Shown here piece after piece: positions 9,195 to 18,776 of a stretch of DNA of 64,000 nt. Position 1 is the first letter of the stretch, and every line of letters starts with the position of its first letter. Made by a program: the position numbers and the translations under genes. The stretch is from an uncultured Clostridia bacterium (GTDB taxonomy: Bacteria > Bacillota > Clostridia > Christensenellales > UBA1242). Where the stretch lies: contig CALWGY010000001.1 in NCBI GenBank assembly GCA_944380265.1, positions 3,790 to 67,789 of the forward strand, read 5' to 3'. Below the pieces are notes generated by a model. The model had not been told where the DNA came from and searched no databases. It worked only from the letters and a program-made list of their open reading frames with translations.

Positions 9195-9602
9195 TTAACA
9201 AGTTTGATTGTCGTTTAAATATGTACTATCAGTTTTGCTGGGTTGTTTTTGCGGGTCTTCCACAATTTCTGGCATGTACGTGTTAGAGTTTAAGGTTGAT
9301 TGAGAACTAACTTCTTGGCTGGCTTTTTGCTCTGTTGAAAGTGTGTTTATGGTTGGTGCATTAGCAGGGTTTAATTCAACTAAAATAACATCTCTGCCAA
9401 TTTTTCTAATTTTGTTAAATGGAATAAATATGTCAGGATTATTTTTAAAAAAACTGAAAAAGCTTTTTTCGCCAGGCACAACAATTCCTGTGATGCATGC
9501 ACAACAGGAATCAAAAACAATATCAATAATGTTTCCAAGGCGTTTACCATCGCAAATGTTAACCACTTCTTTTGCTCGTAAATCGCAAAAAGTTATTTCC
9601 AT
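9195..9602 (-). CDS. YlmC/YmxH family sporulation protein (PRC barrel)
   Basis: FCDLRAKEVVNICDGKRLGNIIDIVFD...ITGIVVPG matches the YlmC/YmxH signature. A low-complexity C-terminal tail follows. Confidence 0.7.
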   Translation of the reverse strand: MEITFCDLRAKEVVNICDGKRLGNIIDIVFDSCCACITGIVVPGEKSFFSFFKNNPDIFIPFNKIRKIGRDVILVELNPANAPTINTLSTEQKASQEVSSQSTLNSNTYMPEIVEDPQKQPSKTDSTYLNDNQTC

Positions 9603-9758
9603 AAAAACCTTAATTGCTTTTTTGTTTTATATAATATATATGACAAAATTTAACATTTAATTACATTTTGTGCTTATGCACGTTTTTACAAAATAAAAAT
9701 GTTAAAATTTTGCATATTAAAAAAAACTTTCCACAAATTAATTGTGGGAGATTTTTTT

Positions 9759-10322
9759 ATGCCAATAGGGTTTATTTGTTTGGGAGTTTTTTTAATTTAT
9801 CAGTTACTATATCAAAACAACAACACAAAAAAAATTGGTGTAACACTTTTTTGTTTGTTTACAATGAGTGGATATTTAACTAACACAATAACCTTAAAAA
9901 ATGTTTCAATAAACATAATTTTCATGCTTTCAGCATTGTTTACGGCTTTGTTTGTAATAAAAAATTTTAAATTAAAAGAAATTGTGAATTTGTTAGCACT
10001 TTGTGTTTTTGTTTCGTGTTTTTATGTTGTTTTAACAAAAATTAATTCCGATTTTATAACAACATTAAATCCGTACCCAATAATTTTTGTAATGCTAATT
10101 GTAAGTGTGGCAGTAATTAAAAATTTTAAATTTGTGGTTGCTTTTAATTTAATTAGTTTTTTATTTATTAGTTTATGCAATTTATTTGTTGAAAAAAACT
10201 TAGGTTTTGTTAATTTTGCAAGTTTAGAATTGTTTGATTTGGTGCTTTTGCTTCTATCAATTTTGTTAGTTATAAAACTAATAATTATAGATTTAAAACA
10301 ATTAAAGAGGGATGTTATATGA
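9759..10322 (+). CDS. polytopic membrane protein, unknown function
   Basis: I prefer the ATG at 9759, which follows RBS GGGAG. It has several hydrophobic segments, and its stop overlaps the spoIIP start (ATATGA). Confidence 0.5.
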   Translation: MPIGFICLGVFLIYQLLYQNNNTKKIGVTLFCLFTMSGYLTNTITLKNVSINIIFMLSALFTALFVIKNFKLKEIVNLLALCVFVSCFYVVLTKINSDFITTLNPYPIIFVMLIVSVAVIKNFKFVVAFNLISFLFISLCNLFVEKNLGFVNFASLELFDLVLLLLSILLVIKLIIIDLKQLKRDVI

Positions 10323-11419
10323 AAAAACTTACAATTTTTATGTTAATACTTATTTGTTTGTGTTTGGCAGTTCCAAACATAAACACTGTTTATGCAACAG
10401 ATGGAAACAAAGACGAAATGTTTGTTGTTTACACTTCCGATGGCGAAAAGTTGTTTGAACGAAGCGATGTTAAAGTTAACGATAATTACATAACAAAAAA
10501 TTTTGAAATGTATGAAGTTGTTAGTGTTGATGAAAACACCAAAACTGCAAAAGCAGAATTTGTTAAAACTTTAAAAAAGCCGAATGTTAGTGTTAATCCA
10601 AATCCAAGCCAAATTTCTTTAACAGACAAAAAAATATGTTTGTACTTAACACATAATGATGAAAGTTATGTTCCAACCGATGGCTACGATAGCATTTATG
10701 GTGCAGGCGGAATTCATGATGTTGCAAAAGCATTAAAAAACAGTTTTGAACTTTTGGGAATAAACACAACATTAAACGAAACATTGCACATTCCGCACAA
10801 CAGTTCGGCTTATTCCAGAAGCGAAGTTACCGCAAAAGAGTTGCTAAAAACCAATCCTGATGCACTTTTCGATATTCACCGAGATGGTGTTAGCAGACAA
10901 TATTATGTAACAGAAGTTGATGGAAAGGAACGTTGCAAAGTTAGAATTGTGGTTGGGCAAGCAAATCCGAATAAGGAACAAAATTTGGAATTTGCATTGT
11001 ATTTAATGAGTGTGGCTGAAAACATGTATCCTTGGTTGTTTGCCGACATATATTATGCGTCAGGTCACTACAATCAGGCGCTATATAACAAAATGCTTTT
11101 GTTTGAAATGGGAACATACCTTGTTGAAAAGGAAATGGTGTTCGACAGTGTTCATCCACTTGCGGAAGTTATTAACACAGCACTTTACAACACAACTGTT
11201 GATTCTGGAACAGGAGACATAACAATTGGTGGAAACGATGATCCAGAAGATCCAACAATTAATGACCATTTTAACAACTTGCAAAATAAAACTAACAAAC
11301 GAACCGTTATTTCATTAATAATAATTGGTGTGTCGGTGGTTGTTGTGGCTGTTGCAAGTGTGCTACTAGTTGTTAAAACAAAAGATAAACCAAAAAAATC
11401 AAAATCAAACAAAAAATAA
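10319..11419 (+). CDS. spoIIP: stage II sporulation protein P
   Basis: LYLTHNDESYVPTDGYDSIYGAGGIHDVAKAL and DIHRDG motifs, with an N-terminal signal-like segment. Confidence 0.8.
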   Translation: MKKLTIFMLILICLCLAVPNINTVYATDGNKDEMFVVYTSDGEKLFERSDVKVNDNYITKNFEMYEVVSVDENTKTAKAEFVKTLKKPNVSVNPNPSQISLTDKKICLYLTHNDESYVPTDGYDSIYGAGGIHDVAKALKNSFELLGINTTLNETLHIPHNSSAYSRSEVTAKELLKTNPDALFDIHRDGVSRQYYVTEVDGKERCKVRIVVGQANPNKEQNLEFALYLMSVAENMYPWLFADIYYASGHYNQALYNKMLLFEMGTYLVEKEMVFDSVHPLAEVINTALYNTTVDSGTGDITIGGNDDPEDPTINDHFNNLQNKTNKRTVISLIIIGVSVVVVAVASVLLVVKTKDKPKKSKSNKK

Positions 11420-11525
11420 TTCGAGAATGTTTAAAGGCTAATAAAACTCAAAAAATTATAAAAACTAAAAAAACTTTAAAAAATATAAACATAAATAATT
11501 TGAAAAAAATATATTTATCAAAAAA

Positions 11526-11557
11526 ACAAAAGCAATTTTGTTGCTTTTGTTTTTTTT
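11526..11557 (+). terminator. rho-independent terminator after spoIIP
   Basis: ACAAAAGCAA pairs perfectly with TTGCTTTTGT (10 bp), followed by TTTTTTT. Confidence 0.7.
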
Positions 11558-11737
11558 GTAATAGCATTATAAATTGTTTAATGCCATTTAAGTTTTTAAA
11601 ATTTACAATTTATATATATTTAATAAATTTTATATTACATAATTAATTTATATTATTAAAGTTGCTTAAAAAACTAAAAAAATGTACAATAATATTTGTA
11701 ATAAATAATATGTTTAAAACATTCTAAGGAGTATTAT

Positions 11738-13063
11738 TTGGAAAAACCACTTGTTGCAGTTGTTGGCAGACCTAATGTTGGCAAAAGCACATTTTTTAAT
11801 AGAATTGCGGGCAAAAAAATAAGCATTGTTAAAGATATGCCGGGTGTAACACGTGACCGCATTTATGCTGATGCCGAATGGTGTGGGCATGCTTTCACAA
11901 TTGTTGACACTGGCGGATTAGATGTTAAAAACAAAGATGATTTCCAAAAAAACATAACCAGGCAAGCCGAACTTGCATGCGAAGTTGCCGATGTTGTGTT
12001 ATTGTTTGTTGATGGAAAAGAAGGTTTGCTTCCTGCCGATTATGATGCAGCAAACTTTTTAAGAAAATATAAAGTACCAATCATTTTGGTTGTTAACAAA
12101 ATTGATAATAACGAACTTGAAAAAACTTATGAGTTTTACAACTTAGGGTTGGGCGAACCAATTGCCATTTCTGCCGAACTTAACAAAGGCATTGGCGATT
12201 TATTAGATGCAATTGTTTCCAAATTTAAAGTTAAAGTTGATTCCGATGCAGACAAAAACAAAATAAAAATTGCAATTGTTGGAAAACCCAATGCTGGAAA
12301 AAGCAGTTTGGTTAACAAATTGCTTGGCGAAAACCGAGTTATGGTTTCTTCCGTTGCAGGCACCACACGTGATGCCATTGACACACCATTTAAGTATAAC
12401 GGAAAAGAATATTTGTTAATTGACACTGCTGGAATTAGAAGAAAACGTAGCATAGATAAAGATTCTGTTGAGCTTTACAGCGTTATTCGTTCTTTTGATG
12501 CAATTAGGCGAGCAGATGTTGTTGTTTTGGTGGTTGACAGCGTGGAAGGGCTTAGCGAACAAGATGTTAGAATTGCAGGCTTTATTCATGAAGAAGGAAA
12601 GCCAAGTGTTATTTTAATGAACAAATGGGACGTGGTTGAAAAAGACACCTATTCTATGAACAAATTTAATGAAAAATTAAATGAAGATTTAAAGTTTATG
12701 GATTACTTTGTTGCTTTGTATGGCAGTGCTTTAACAGGTTTAAGAATTAACAAATTAATGGAAAATGTTAATTTGGTTCTAGAAAATGCAAGCAAACGAA
12801 TAACAACAGGTGTTTTAAATGATATTTTGCAAAATGCTGTTTTAACAAACGAACCACCAACAAAAAATGGAAGAAGACTAAAAATTTATTACATCACTCA
12901 ACCTTCAACAAATCCTCCAACATTTGTGCTTTTTGTTAATGACAAGGATTTAATGCATTTTTCATATTTAAGATATTTAGAAAATTGCATTAGAAATGCC
13001 GTTGATTTTAAAGGAACACCAATCAATTTGTTGGTTAATAGTAAAAAAGAAAAGGACGTATAA
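11738..13063 (+). CDS. der: ribosome-associated GTPase Der (EngA)
   Basis: Two GTPase domains (GRPNVGKST and GKPNAGKSS) followed by a KH-like C-terminus. TTG start after RBS AAGGAG. Confidence 0.92.
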   Translation: MEKPLVAVVGRPNVGKSTFFNRIAGKKISIVKDMPGVTRDRIYADAEWCGHAFTIVDTGGLDVKNKDDFQKNITRQAELACEVADVVLLFVDGKEGLLPADYDAANFLRKYKVPIILVVNKIDNNELEKTYEFYNLGLGEPIAISAELNKGIGDLLDAIVSKFKVKVDSDADKNKIKIAIVGKPNAGKSSLVNKLLGENRVMVSSVAGTTRDAIDTPFKYNGKEYLLIDTAGIRRKRSIDKDSVELYSVIRSFDAIRRADVVVLVVDSVEGLSEQDVRIAGFIHEEGKPSVILMNKWDVVEKDTYSMNKFNEKLNEDLKFMDYFVALYGSALTGLRINKLMENVNLVLENASKRITTGVLNDILQNAVLTNEPPTKNGRRLKIYYITQPSTNPPTFVLFVNDKDLMHFSYLRYLENCIRNAVDFKGTPINLLVNSKKEKDV

Positions 13064-13066
13064 TAT

Positions 13067-13906
13067 ATGTTAATCACTGTGCTTAAATATGTAGGATTAA
13101 TAATTATTTCATATTTGTTGGGTAGCATAATTTTTGGAAGGTTGCTATCCAAACTACAAAAAGATGACATAACAAAACATGGAAGTGGAAATCCTGGAAC
13201 AACCAACATGCTTAGAAACTATGGTGTTATGTATGGGCTTTTAACATTTGTGCTAGATGCATTAAAGGGTGTTGCGGCTGCATTAATTGGATACTTTATG
13301 TTTGGCGGTGCAGATGGCGGAGTTGTTGCACGTGCAGCCATTTACATTGGTGGTGTTAGTGCAGTAATTGGTCACATGTTTCCAATATTCTTTAAGTTTA
13401 AGGGCGGAAAAGGTGTTGCAACAGCATCTGGAATTGCATTTGTTGCACATCCAATTGTTGGAGCAATCTTGTTTGTAGTTTACATTGTGTTATTGTTACT
13501 AATAAGAATTGGCAGTGTTTGCAGTTTGATTGTTGCACTTGCTTATGCCATAACCGACACTGTTATGTTAATTATGGAACAAAACTATGTTGGGCTTGGA
13601 CTATTATATTTTGTAATATTATTAATTATTTGGGCACACAGAGAAAACATTAAAAGGTTACTTAACAAAAAAGAAAATGTACTTGACTTAAATGAAGTAG
13701 TGCAAAAAGACATAGACAGGTTTAATGCTTTAAAAAATAAAAAGAAAAACAAAAACAGCCAGGTTGAATTAAAAGAAGAACAAAATGAAATTGAAACAAA
13801 CAAAGTTACTGTAACTGAAACTAAACAAGTTGCAAATGATGAAGATAACAAACCTAATAATAATGAAAACGATAAAACAAATAATAACAAAAATGAAAAT
13901 AAATAA
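13067..13906 (+). CDS. plsY: glycerol-3-phosphate acyltransferase PlsY with a Lys/Asn/Glu-rich C-terminal extension
   Basis: GSGNPGTTN and FKGGKGVAT motifs. The final ~80 aa are low complexity. Confidence 0.85.
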   Translation: MLITVLKYVGLIIISYLLGSIIFGRLLSKLQKDDITKHGSGNPGTTNMLRNYGVMYGLLTFVLDALKGVAAALIGYFMFGGADGGVVARAAIYIGGVSAVIGHMFPIFFKFKGGKGVATASGIAFVAHPIVGAILFVVYIVLLLLIRIGSVCSLIVALAYAITDTVMLIMEQNYVGLGLLYFVILLIIWAHRENIKRLLNKKENVLDLNEVVQKDIDRFNALKNKKKNKNSQVELKEEQNEIETNKVTVTETKQVANDEDNKPNNNENDKTNNNKNENK

Positions 13907-14011
13907 TAATTAGAATTGAAAAAATAAAAGAGAGTTTTTAAAACTTTCTTTTTTTTGCATAAATCATATTTTTGCTTCATACACTTTTGTAATAATACTG
14001 TGGAGGGAAAT

Positions 14012-15490
14012 ATGAGCAGTTACAATATCTACTCCGATATTGCTAAACGCACAAACGGAGATATATATGTTGGAGTTGTTGGACCAGTTAGAACAGGTAA
14101 ATCAACTTTTATTAGAAATGTTTTAAACACATTAGTAATTCCAAACATTACTGATGAAAATTCAAAAGAAAGGGCAATTGATGAAATTCCCCAAAGTGGC
14201 GATGGAAAAAGCATTATGACAACTCAACCCAAATTTATTCCAAACGAGGCAGTTAAAATAACTGTTAACGAAAACATTGACATGAAGGTTAGACTAATTG
14301 ATTGTGTTGGATATTTGGTTGATGGTGCAATTGGCCATATTGAAGATAACAAACCAAGACTTGTTAAAACGCCATGGAACACCGAACCAATTCCGTTTAG
14401 TGAAGCGGCAGAAATTGGCACAAACAAAGTTATAACAAATCACTCAACAATTGGTGTGTTACTAACAACCGATGGAAGCATAACCGACATTGACAGGTTT
14501 AACTATGTTAAGGCAGAAGAAAAGGTTTTTGAAGAATTATCAAAATGTGGCAAACCTTTTGTTATTGTTATTAATTCAAAAACCCCTTATTCCGAAGAGT
14601 GTGTTAATCTTAAAAATAGTTTGTCGTTAAAGTACGGGAAAAATGTTTTAAGCATGGATGTAACAAAATTAACAGAAGAAGATATTAGCCAAATTTTTGC
14701 AAATGTTTTAAACGAATTTCCAATTGTTTCTGTTGATGTTAACATGCCAAAATGGTTAAGTGCATTGCCATTTAGTAACAAATACATTCAAGAAATTGTC
14801 ACAAACGTGCAAGATGCTGTCAATAACCAAACAAAAATTGGTGATTTTGAAAATGGTGTTGAGTTGTTTATGGACAGCGAAAACTTTGAACCAATAAGCA
14901 ATGTTAGAATTGTTATGGGCGAAGGGAAAATTGAAATTGATGTTGTTCCAAAGCCAGAATTGTTCTACAAAATTTTAAGCGAAGAATGTGGTCAAGAAAT
15001 TTCTTCCGACTATCATCTAATAAGTTATGTTAAACAATTAACCGAAGCAAAAGTTCAATACGACAAATTTAAAGATGCTTTAAAACAAGTTGAAGAAACT
15101 GGTTATGGTGTGGTTTATCCAACGCTTGAAGAATTAAAATTGGAAGAACCACAAATTGTTAAGCAAGGTGGCAGGTTTGGAGTTAAACTTAAAGCAAGTG
15201 CACCAAGTTTGCATTTAATGCAAGTTGACATTAACACCGAAGTTAATCCAATTGTTGGCAGCGAGCAACAATCGGAAGAACTTGTTAAATATTTATTGTC
15301 CGAATTTGATAATGACCCAAAAAGCATTTGGGAAACAAAAATGTTTGGCAAAAGTTTAAGTTCACTTGTTAATGAAGGTTTGCAAAACAAACTTGTTTCA
15401 ATGCCTAATGAAGTTCAAAAGAAAATTAGAAGAACATTAAGCAGAATTGTTAATGAGGGTAAGGGCGGAGTAATTTGCATTTTACTTTAA
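14012..15490 (+). CDS. spoIVA: stage IV sporulation protein A (spore coat morphogenetic ATPase)
   Basis: The ATG at 14012 follows RBS GGAGGG. MSSYNIYSDIAKRTNGDIYVGVVGPVRTGKSTFI contains a Walker A motif. Confidence 0.9.
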   Translation: MSSYNIYSDIAKRTNGDIYVGVVGPVRTGKSTFIRNVLNTLVIPNITDENSKERAIDEIPQSGDGKSIMTTQPKFIPNEAVKITVNENIDMKVRLIDCVGYLVDGAIGHIEDNKPRLVKTPWNTEPIPFSEAAEIGTNKVITNHSTIGVLLTTDGSITDIDRFNYVKAEEKVFEELSKCGKPFVIVINSKTPYSEECVNLKNSLSLKYGKNVLSMDVTKLTEEDISQIFANVLNEFPIVSVDVNMPKWLSALPFSNKYIQEIVTNVQDAVNNQTKIGDFENGVELFMDSENFEPISNVRIVMGEGKIEIDVVPKPELFYKILSEECGQEISSDYHLISYVKQLTEAKVQYDKFKDALKQVEETGYGVVYPTLEELKLEEPQIVKQGGRFGVKLKASAPSLHLMQVDINTEVNPIVGSEQQSEELVKYLLSEFDNDPKSIWETKMFGKSLSSLVNEGLQNKLVSMPNEVQKKIRRTLSRIVNEGKGGVICILL

Positions 15491-15681
15491 TTATTGTTTT
15501 GGATTAACCAATGTAAATTGTTAATCATATTCATTCCGAAAGGCGGTTAAAACCCGTCTTTTTTTGTTTCAATTGTTTTATTTATTAGTTTTGCAAAGTT
15601 TTAGCAAAATTAACAAAAAGTTTGAGTTTTATGTTTTTGTTTGTTAAACTTTGTTTAATAAAAGATTTCGGAGAATTTATT

Positions 15682-16359
15682 ATGATTAATGTTTTGGAAG
15701 AGTTAAACAATTTAAAAAGTGAAAAACATAAAAATTTTAGTGAGAATATAATCAAAAATTGTCACCCCATGCTAGGTGTTCCAATTCCAAAACTTAGAGA
15801 ACTTGCAAAACAAATTAGTAAACTTGATTTTTTAGAATTTTTAAATTCCAATCCAATGAAATATTATGAAGAAGTGGTTTTGCAAGGGCTTGTTATTGGT
15901 TATGCAAAGTTTGAGCCAGAGTTGAAGTTTGACTACTTAAAAAACTTTATTTCACAAATAAAAGATTGGTCACAATGCGACACTGTTGTTAGCAGTTTAA
16001 AATTTTTTAACAAAAACTTAAAACAAACCTATCAGTTTTTGGAACCATATTTTAATAGTGAGAAAGAATTTGAAAAACGCTTTGCCATAATTTCGTATAT
16101 GGACTATTTTTTCAACGATGAATTTTTTAAAATTGTGCTAGAACGTTTAACAAATGTTAATAGCGTTCATTACTATGTTAACATGGCAGTTGCTTGGGCA
16201 ATATCTGTTGCCTTTGTGAAAAATTTTGATTTAACACTTAAATATTTTAAAAATTCAAACATTAACAATTTCACCTTTAACAAAACCATTCAAAAATGCG
16301 TTGAAAGTTTTAGAATCACACCCGAACAAAAACAGCTTTTAAAAACATTAAAAAAATAG
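15682..16359 (+). CDS. DNA alkylation repair protein (AlkD-like HEAT-repeat family)
   Basis: The ATG at 15682 follows RBS GGAGA. The N-terminus LEELNNLKSEKHKNFSENIIKNCHPMLGVPIPKLRELAKQI is typical of the family. Confidence 0.65.
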   Translation: MINVLEELNNLKSEKHKNFSENIIKNCHPMLGVPIPKLRELAKQISKLDFLEFLNSNPMKYYEEVVLQGLVIGYAKFEPELKFDYLKNFISQIKDWSQCDTVVSSLKFFNKNLKQTYQFLEPYFNSEKEFEKRFAIISYMDYFFNDEFFKIVLERLTNVNSVHYYVNMAVAWAISVAFVKNFDLTLKYFKNSNINNFTFNKTIQKCVESFRITPEQKQLLKTLKK

Positions 16360-16503
16360 GAGAATAATTGAACAAAAAAACCTAATTAAAAACAAACATG
16401 GTGTTAAAAATTTAAAGTTAACATAATTAAAAAAATAAATAAACAAAAATAAAATTTAAAAACATAATAAAAAGAAAAATAATAGTATGCTTAAAAAGCA
16501 ATT

Positions 16504-16538
16504 AAAAAAATGAAACAAATTTTTTGTTTCATTTTTTT
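16504..16538. terminator. bidirectional terminator between convergent genes
   Basis: ATGAAACAAA pairs with TTTGTTTCAT, flanked by an A-run and a T-run. Confidence 0.65.
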
Positions 16539-16660
16539 GTTTTATTTGCAAATTTAATTTTTTACACAACTTATTTGTTTTTTTTCATTAATGCATTTAA
16601 TTTGTTTATTTTCATGCTTTTTAAAATGTTTTTTCTTGTTTTAATTTTAAGTTTTACATT

Positions 16661-17722
16661 TTACCATTTGTTAAACACTTTTTCAGCAAAGCCCAACAAG
16701 TTTTTAATTTCAAGTTTTGTGCCATCATCTAAAATGGCAATTCCATCAAAGTAACCAAACACTTGGTTTTGATTGCTTCTTAAAATTAATGCATTAGTGT
16801 CGCTGTGCCTGTTAAGTATTGGAGTAAAGTTCATTTCAAATCTGCCATCACTAGAACTAAAAGTCCAAGGACTCAAAAAATCATCTTTTCCATTTTCTGT
16901 TTTAGGAATGTTGAATGTAACATGTTCTAACTTGTGTGCAACTCCGCCATAAAATAACATGTTTTCTGTTGCACGTGATGTGTCGCCAAATCCATAACCA
17001 ATGTTAAACCCAAAACTTTTGCCATTTATTGTGCTCATTCCAGCACCCCAAAACCAAGTGTTTTTATATGTCCAAACGCCACGTCCCCAATCAAGCAGTG
17101 CAAAGGTGTCATCTTTTTTAAAGTTTATGTTTTCATTTCCAAACTTAACTTCGCCATATGCCTTAAAGCCAACAATTTTTTGATTGTAGTAAAAAGCTTT
17201 TTTATTTTCCTTAAATGGGGTGGCAATAACCATGCTTTGTTTTGGTTCGTCTGTTAAAGTTAAGTCAACTTCCAAATTTTGTTTTTTATCAAAATTTAAA
17301 AAGTTAAGGTAAAGTTTTCTGTTTTTTCCATCATGCAAAAATCTTATGTCGCAGTTTTTGTTTCTAAACATAACATCACCGGTTTTGGAAGATGATGGCA
17401 TGTTTATTTTTTTATGTTCATTAAAATTTGTGTTAAGTTTTCCCATTGGAAAAAATGTCATAATGCTTTTTGTTTTTTCTGTTCGGTTTTTAAAATTTAA
17501 AATAGATGCAGAAATTAATCCCATATACGAGTTGTCGGCAACGGTTAGGGCAATTCCATAATCGCTGTTATGAATCAAGTAATAGTCCCATTCCTTAATT
17601 TTAAATTTTGATGCTTTAATTTTGTTTCTATCATAAATTTGAAGCAGTTGTTTACTAAAACCTGCATTGTTAAGTTCTCCAAACTTGTTTAATAGTTCGC
17701 ATTCTTCAACAATTTCAACCAC
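16661..17722 (-). CDS. DUF2804 domain protein
   Basis: 353 aa. KEWDYYLIHNSDYGIALTVADNSYMGL and WGRGVWTYKNTWFWGAG resemble DUF2804 as I remember it. Confidence 0.55.
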   Translation of the reverse strand: MVEIVEECELLNKFGELNNAGFSKQLLQIYDRNKIKASKFKIKEWDYYLIHNSDYGIALTVADNSYMGLISASILNFKNRTEKTKSIMTFFPMGKLNTNFNEHKKINMPSSSKTGDVMFRNKNCDIRFLHDGKNRKLYLNFLNFDKKQNLEVDLTLTDEPKQSMVIATPFKENKKAFYYNQKIVGFKAYGEVKFGNENINFKKDDTFALLDWGRGVWTYKNTWFWGAGMSTINGKSFGFNIGYGFGDTSRATENMLFYGGVAHKLEHVTFNIPKTENGKDDFLSPWTFSSSDGRFEMNFTPILNRHSDTNALILRSNQNQVFGYFDGIAILDDGTKLEIKNLLGFAEKVFNKW

Positions 17723-17878
17723 AAAATCACCTCACGTTTTTTTTAATTATATCAAACTTTTACATTTTTAAAAATCATATTAGAATACTAATTTAATTTA
17801 ATAAAAAAGTTTTTTTATGTTATACTTATTCTAGTTAAAGTAAAACATTACTTTCTGTTTAATTATTAGTATTAATTT

Positions 17879-17965
17879 TAATCTGAATTTTTAATTTTAA
17901 ATTATTTAATTTTATTTAATCAATTAATCTGAATTTTTAATTTTAAATTATTTAATTTTATTTAA
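17879..17965. repeat. perfect 41-bp direct repeat x2 (5-bp spacer) in a promoter region
   Basis: TAATCTGAATTTTTAATTTTAAATTATTTAATTTTATTTAA occurs at 17879-17919 and again at 17925-17965. Confidence 0.9.
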
Positions 17966-17979
17966 CCAAAAGGTGAAAC

Positions 17980-18657
17980 ATGAACGTTAATGATGTTAGA
18001 TATCAAAATCAAGGATTGCATGTTGTTCTTGCATTGTTCACTGTAACAAATGGCCAATTTAAGGTTTTGTTAATAAAAAGGAAAAATGAACCATTTAAAA
18101 ACAAATGGATTTTGGTTGGCGGTTGTGCCTACAACACCGAAACTGGCGAGCAAGCAATGAAACGTGAACTTTTTGAAAAAACCAAAATCACAGATGTTGA
18201 TTTTCAAATGTTTAATGTTTTCACAAATCCAAATCGTTCGCCACTAAAACGAATGATTGCAATTGGATATTTTGGTGTTAGCGATTCATCTATAATTGAA
18301 AAATTTAAGCAAACTGAAAAGGCTTCGGATGCTGAATGGTTTGAAATTGATAAAGTGCCAGAACTTGGCTATGACCACAAAGAAATTTTGGATGAGGCAA
18401 TTGAGCATTTGAAAAATAGCATATTTAAAACAAATATAATGCGAAAACTTTACCCAAACTATTTCACATTGCCAGAACTTCAAGAAACATATGAAACCAT
18501 TTTGCAAGTTTCGTTGGATAGAAGAAATTTTAGAAAAAAATTATTAAATGAGGGGCTTATTGTTGAAACCGATAAAACAATTAAACGTGGCAACTCAAAG
18601 CCAAGCAAACTTTACAAATTTTCATCTGTTAGCACAACATTTAATTTTTATAAGTAA
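17980..18657 (+). CDS. Nudix hydrolase fused to a winged-helix domain (NrtR-like regulator)
   Basis: Nudix box region GGCAYNTETGEQAMKRELFEKT, with a C-terminal LDRRNFRKKLLNEGLIVET wHTH-like segment. Confidence 0.6.
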   Translation: MNVNDVRYQNQGLHVVLALFTVTNGQFKVLLIKRKNEPFKNKWILVGGCAYNTETGEQAMKRELFEKTKITDVDFQMFNVFTNPNRSPLKRMIAIGYFGVSDSSIIEKFKQTEKASDAEWFEIDKVPELGYDHKEILDEAIEHLKNSIFKTNIMRKLYPNYFTLPELQETYETILQVSLDRRNFRKKLLNEGLIVETDKTIKRGNSKPSKLYKFSSVSTTFNFYK

Positions 18658-18776
18658 CAAAAAGAATGTTTTTGTAACAATTTAAAAAAAATGTTTACAA
18701 TATTTTTGTGATTTATGTTTATATGTGATAAGCTTTAATGGTTAAACAAAAGTAGAGTTTAAAGAGGATTTATTTT

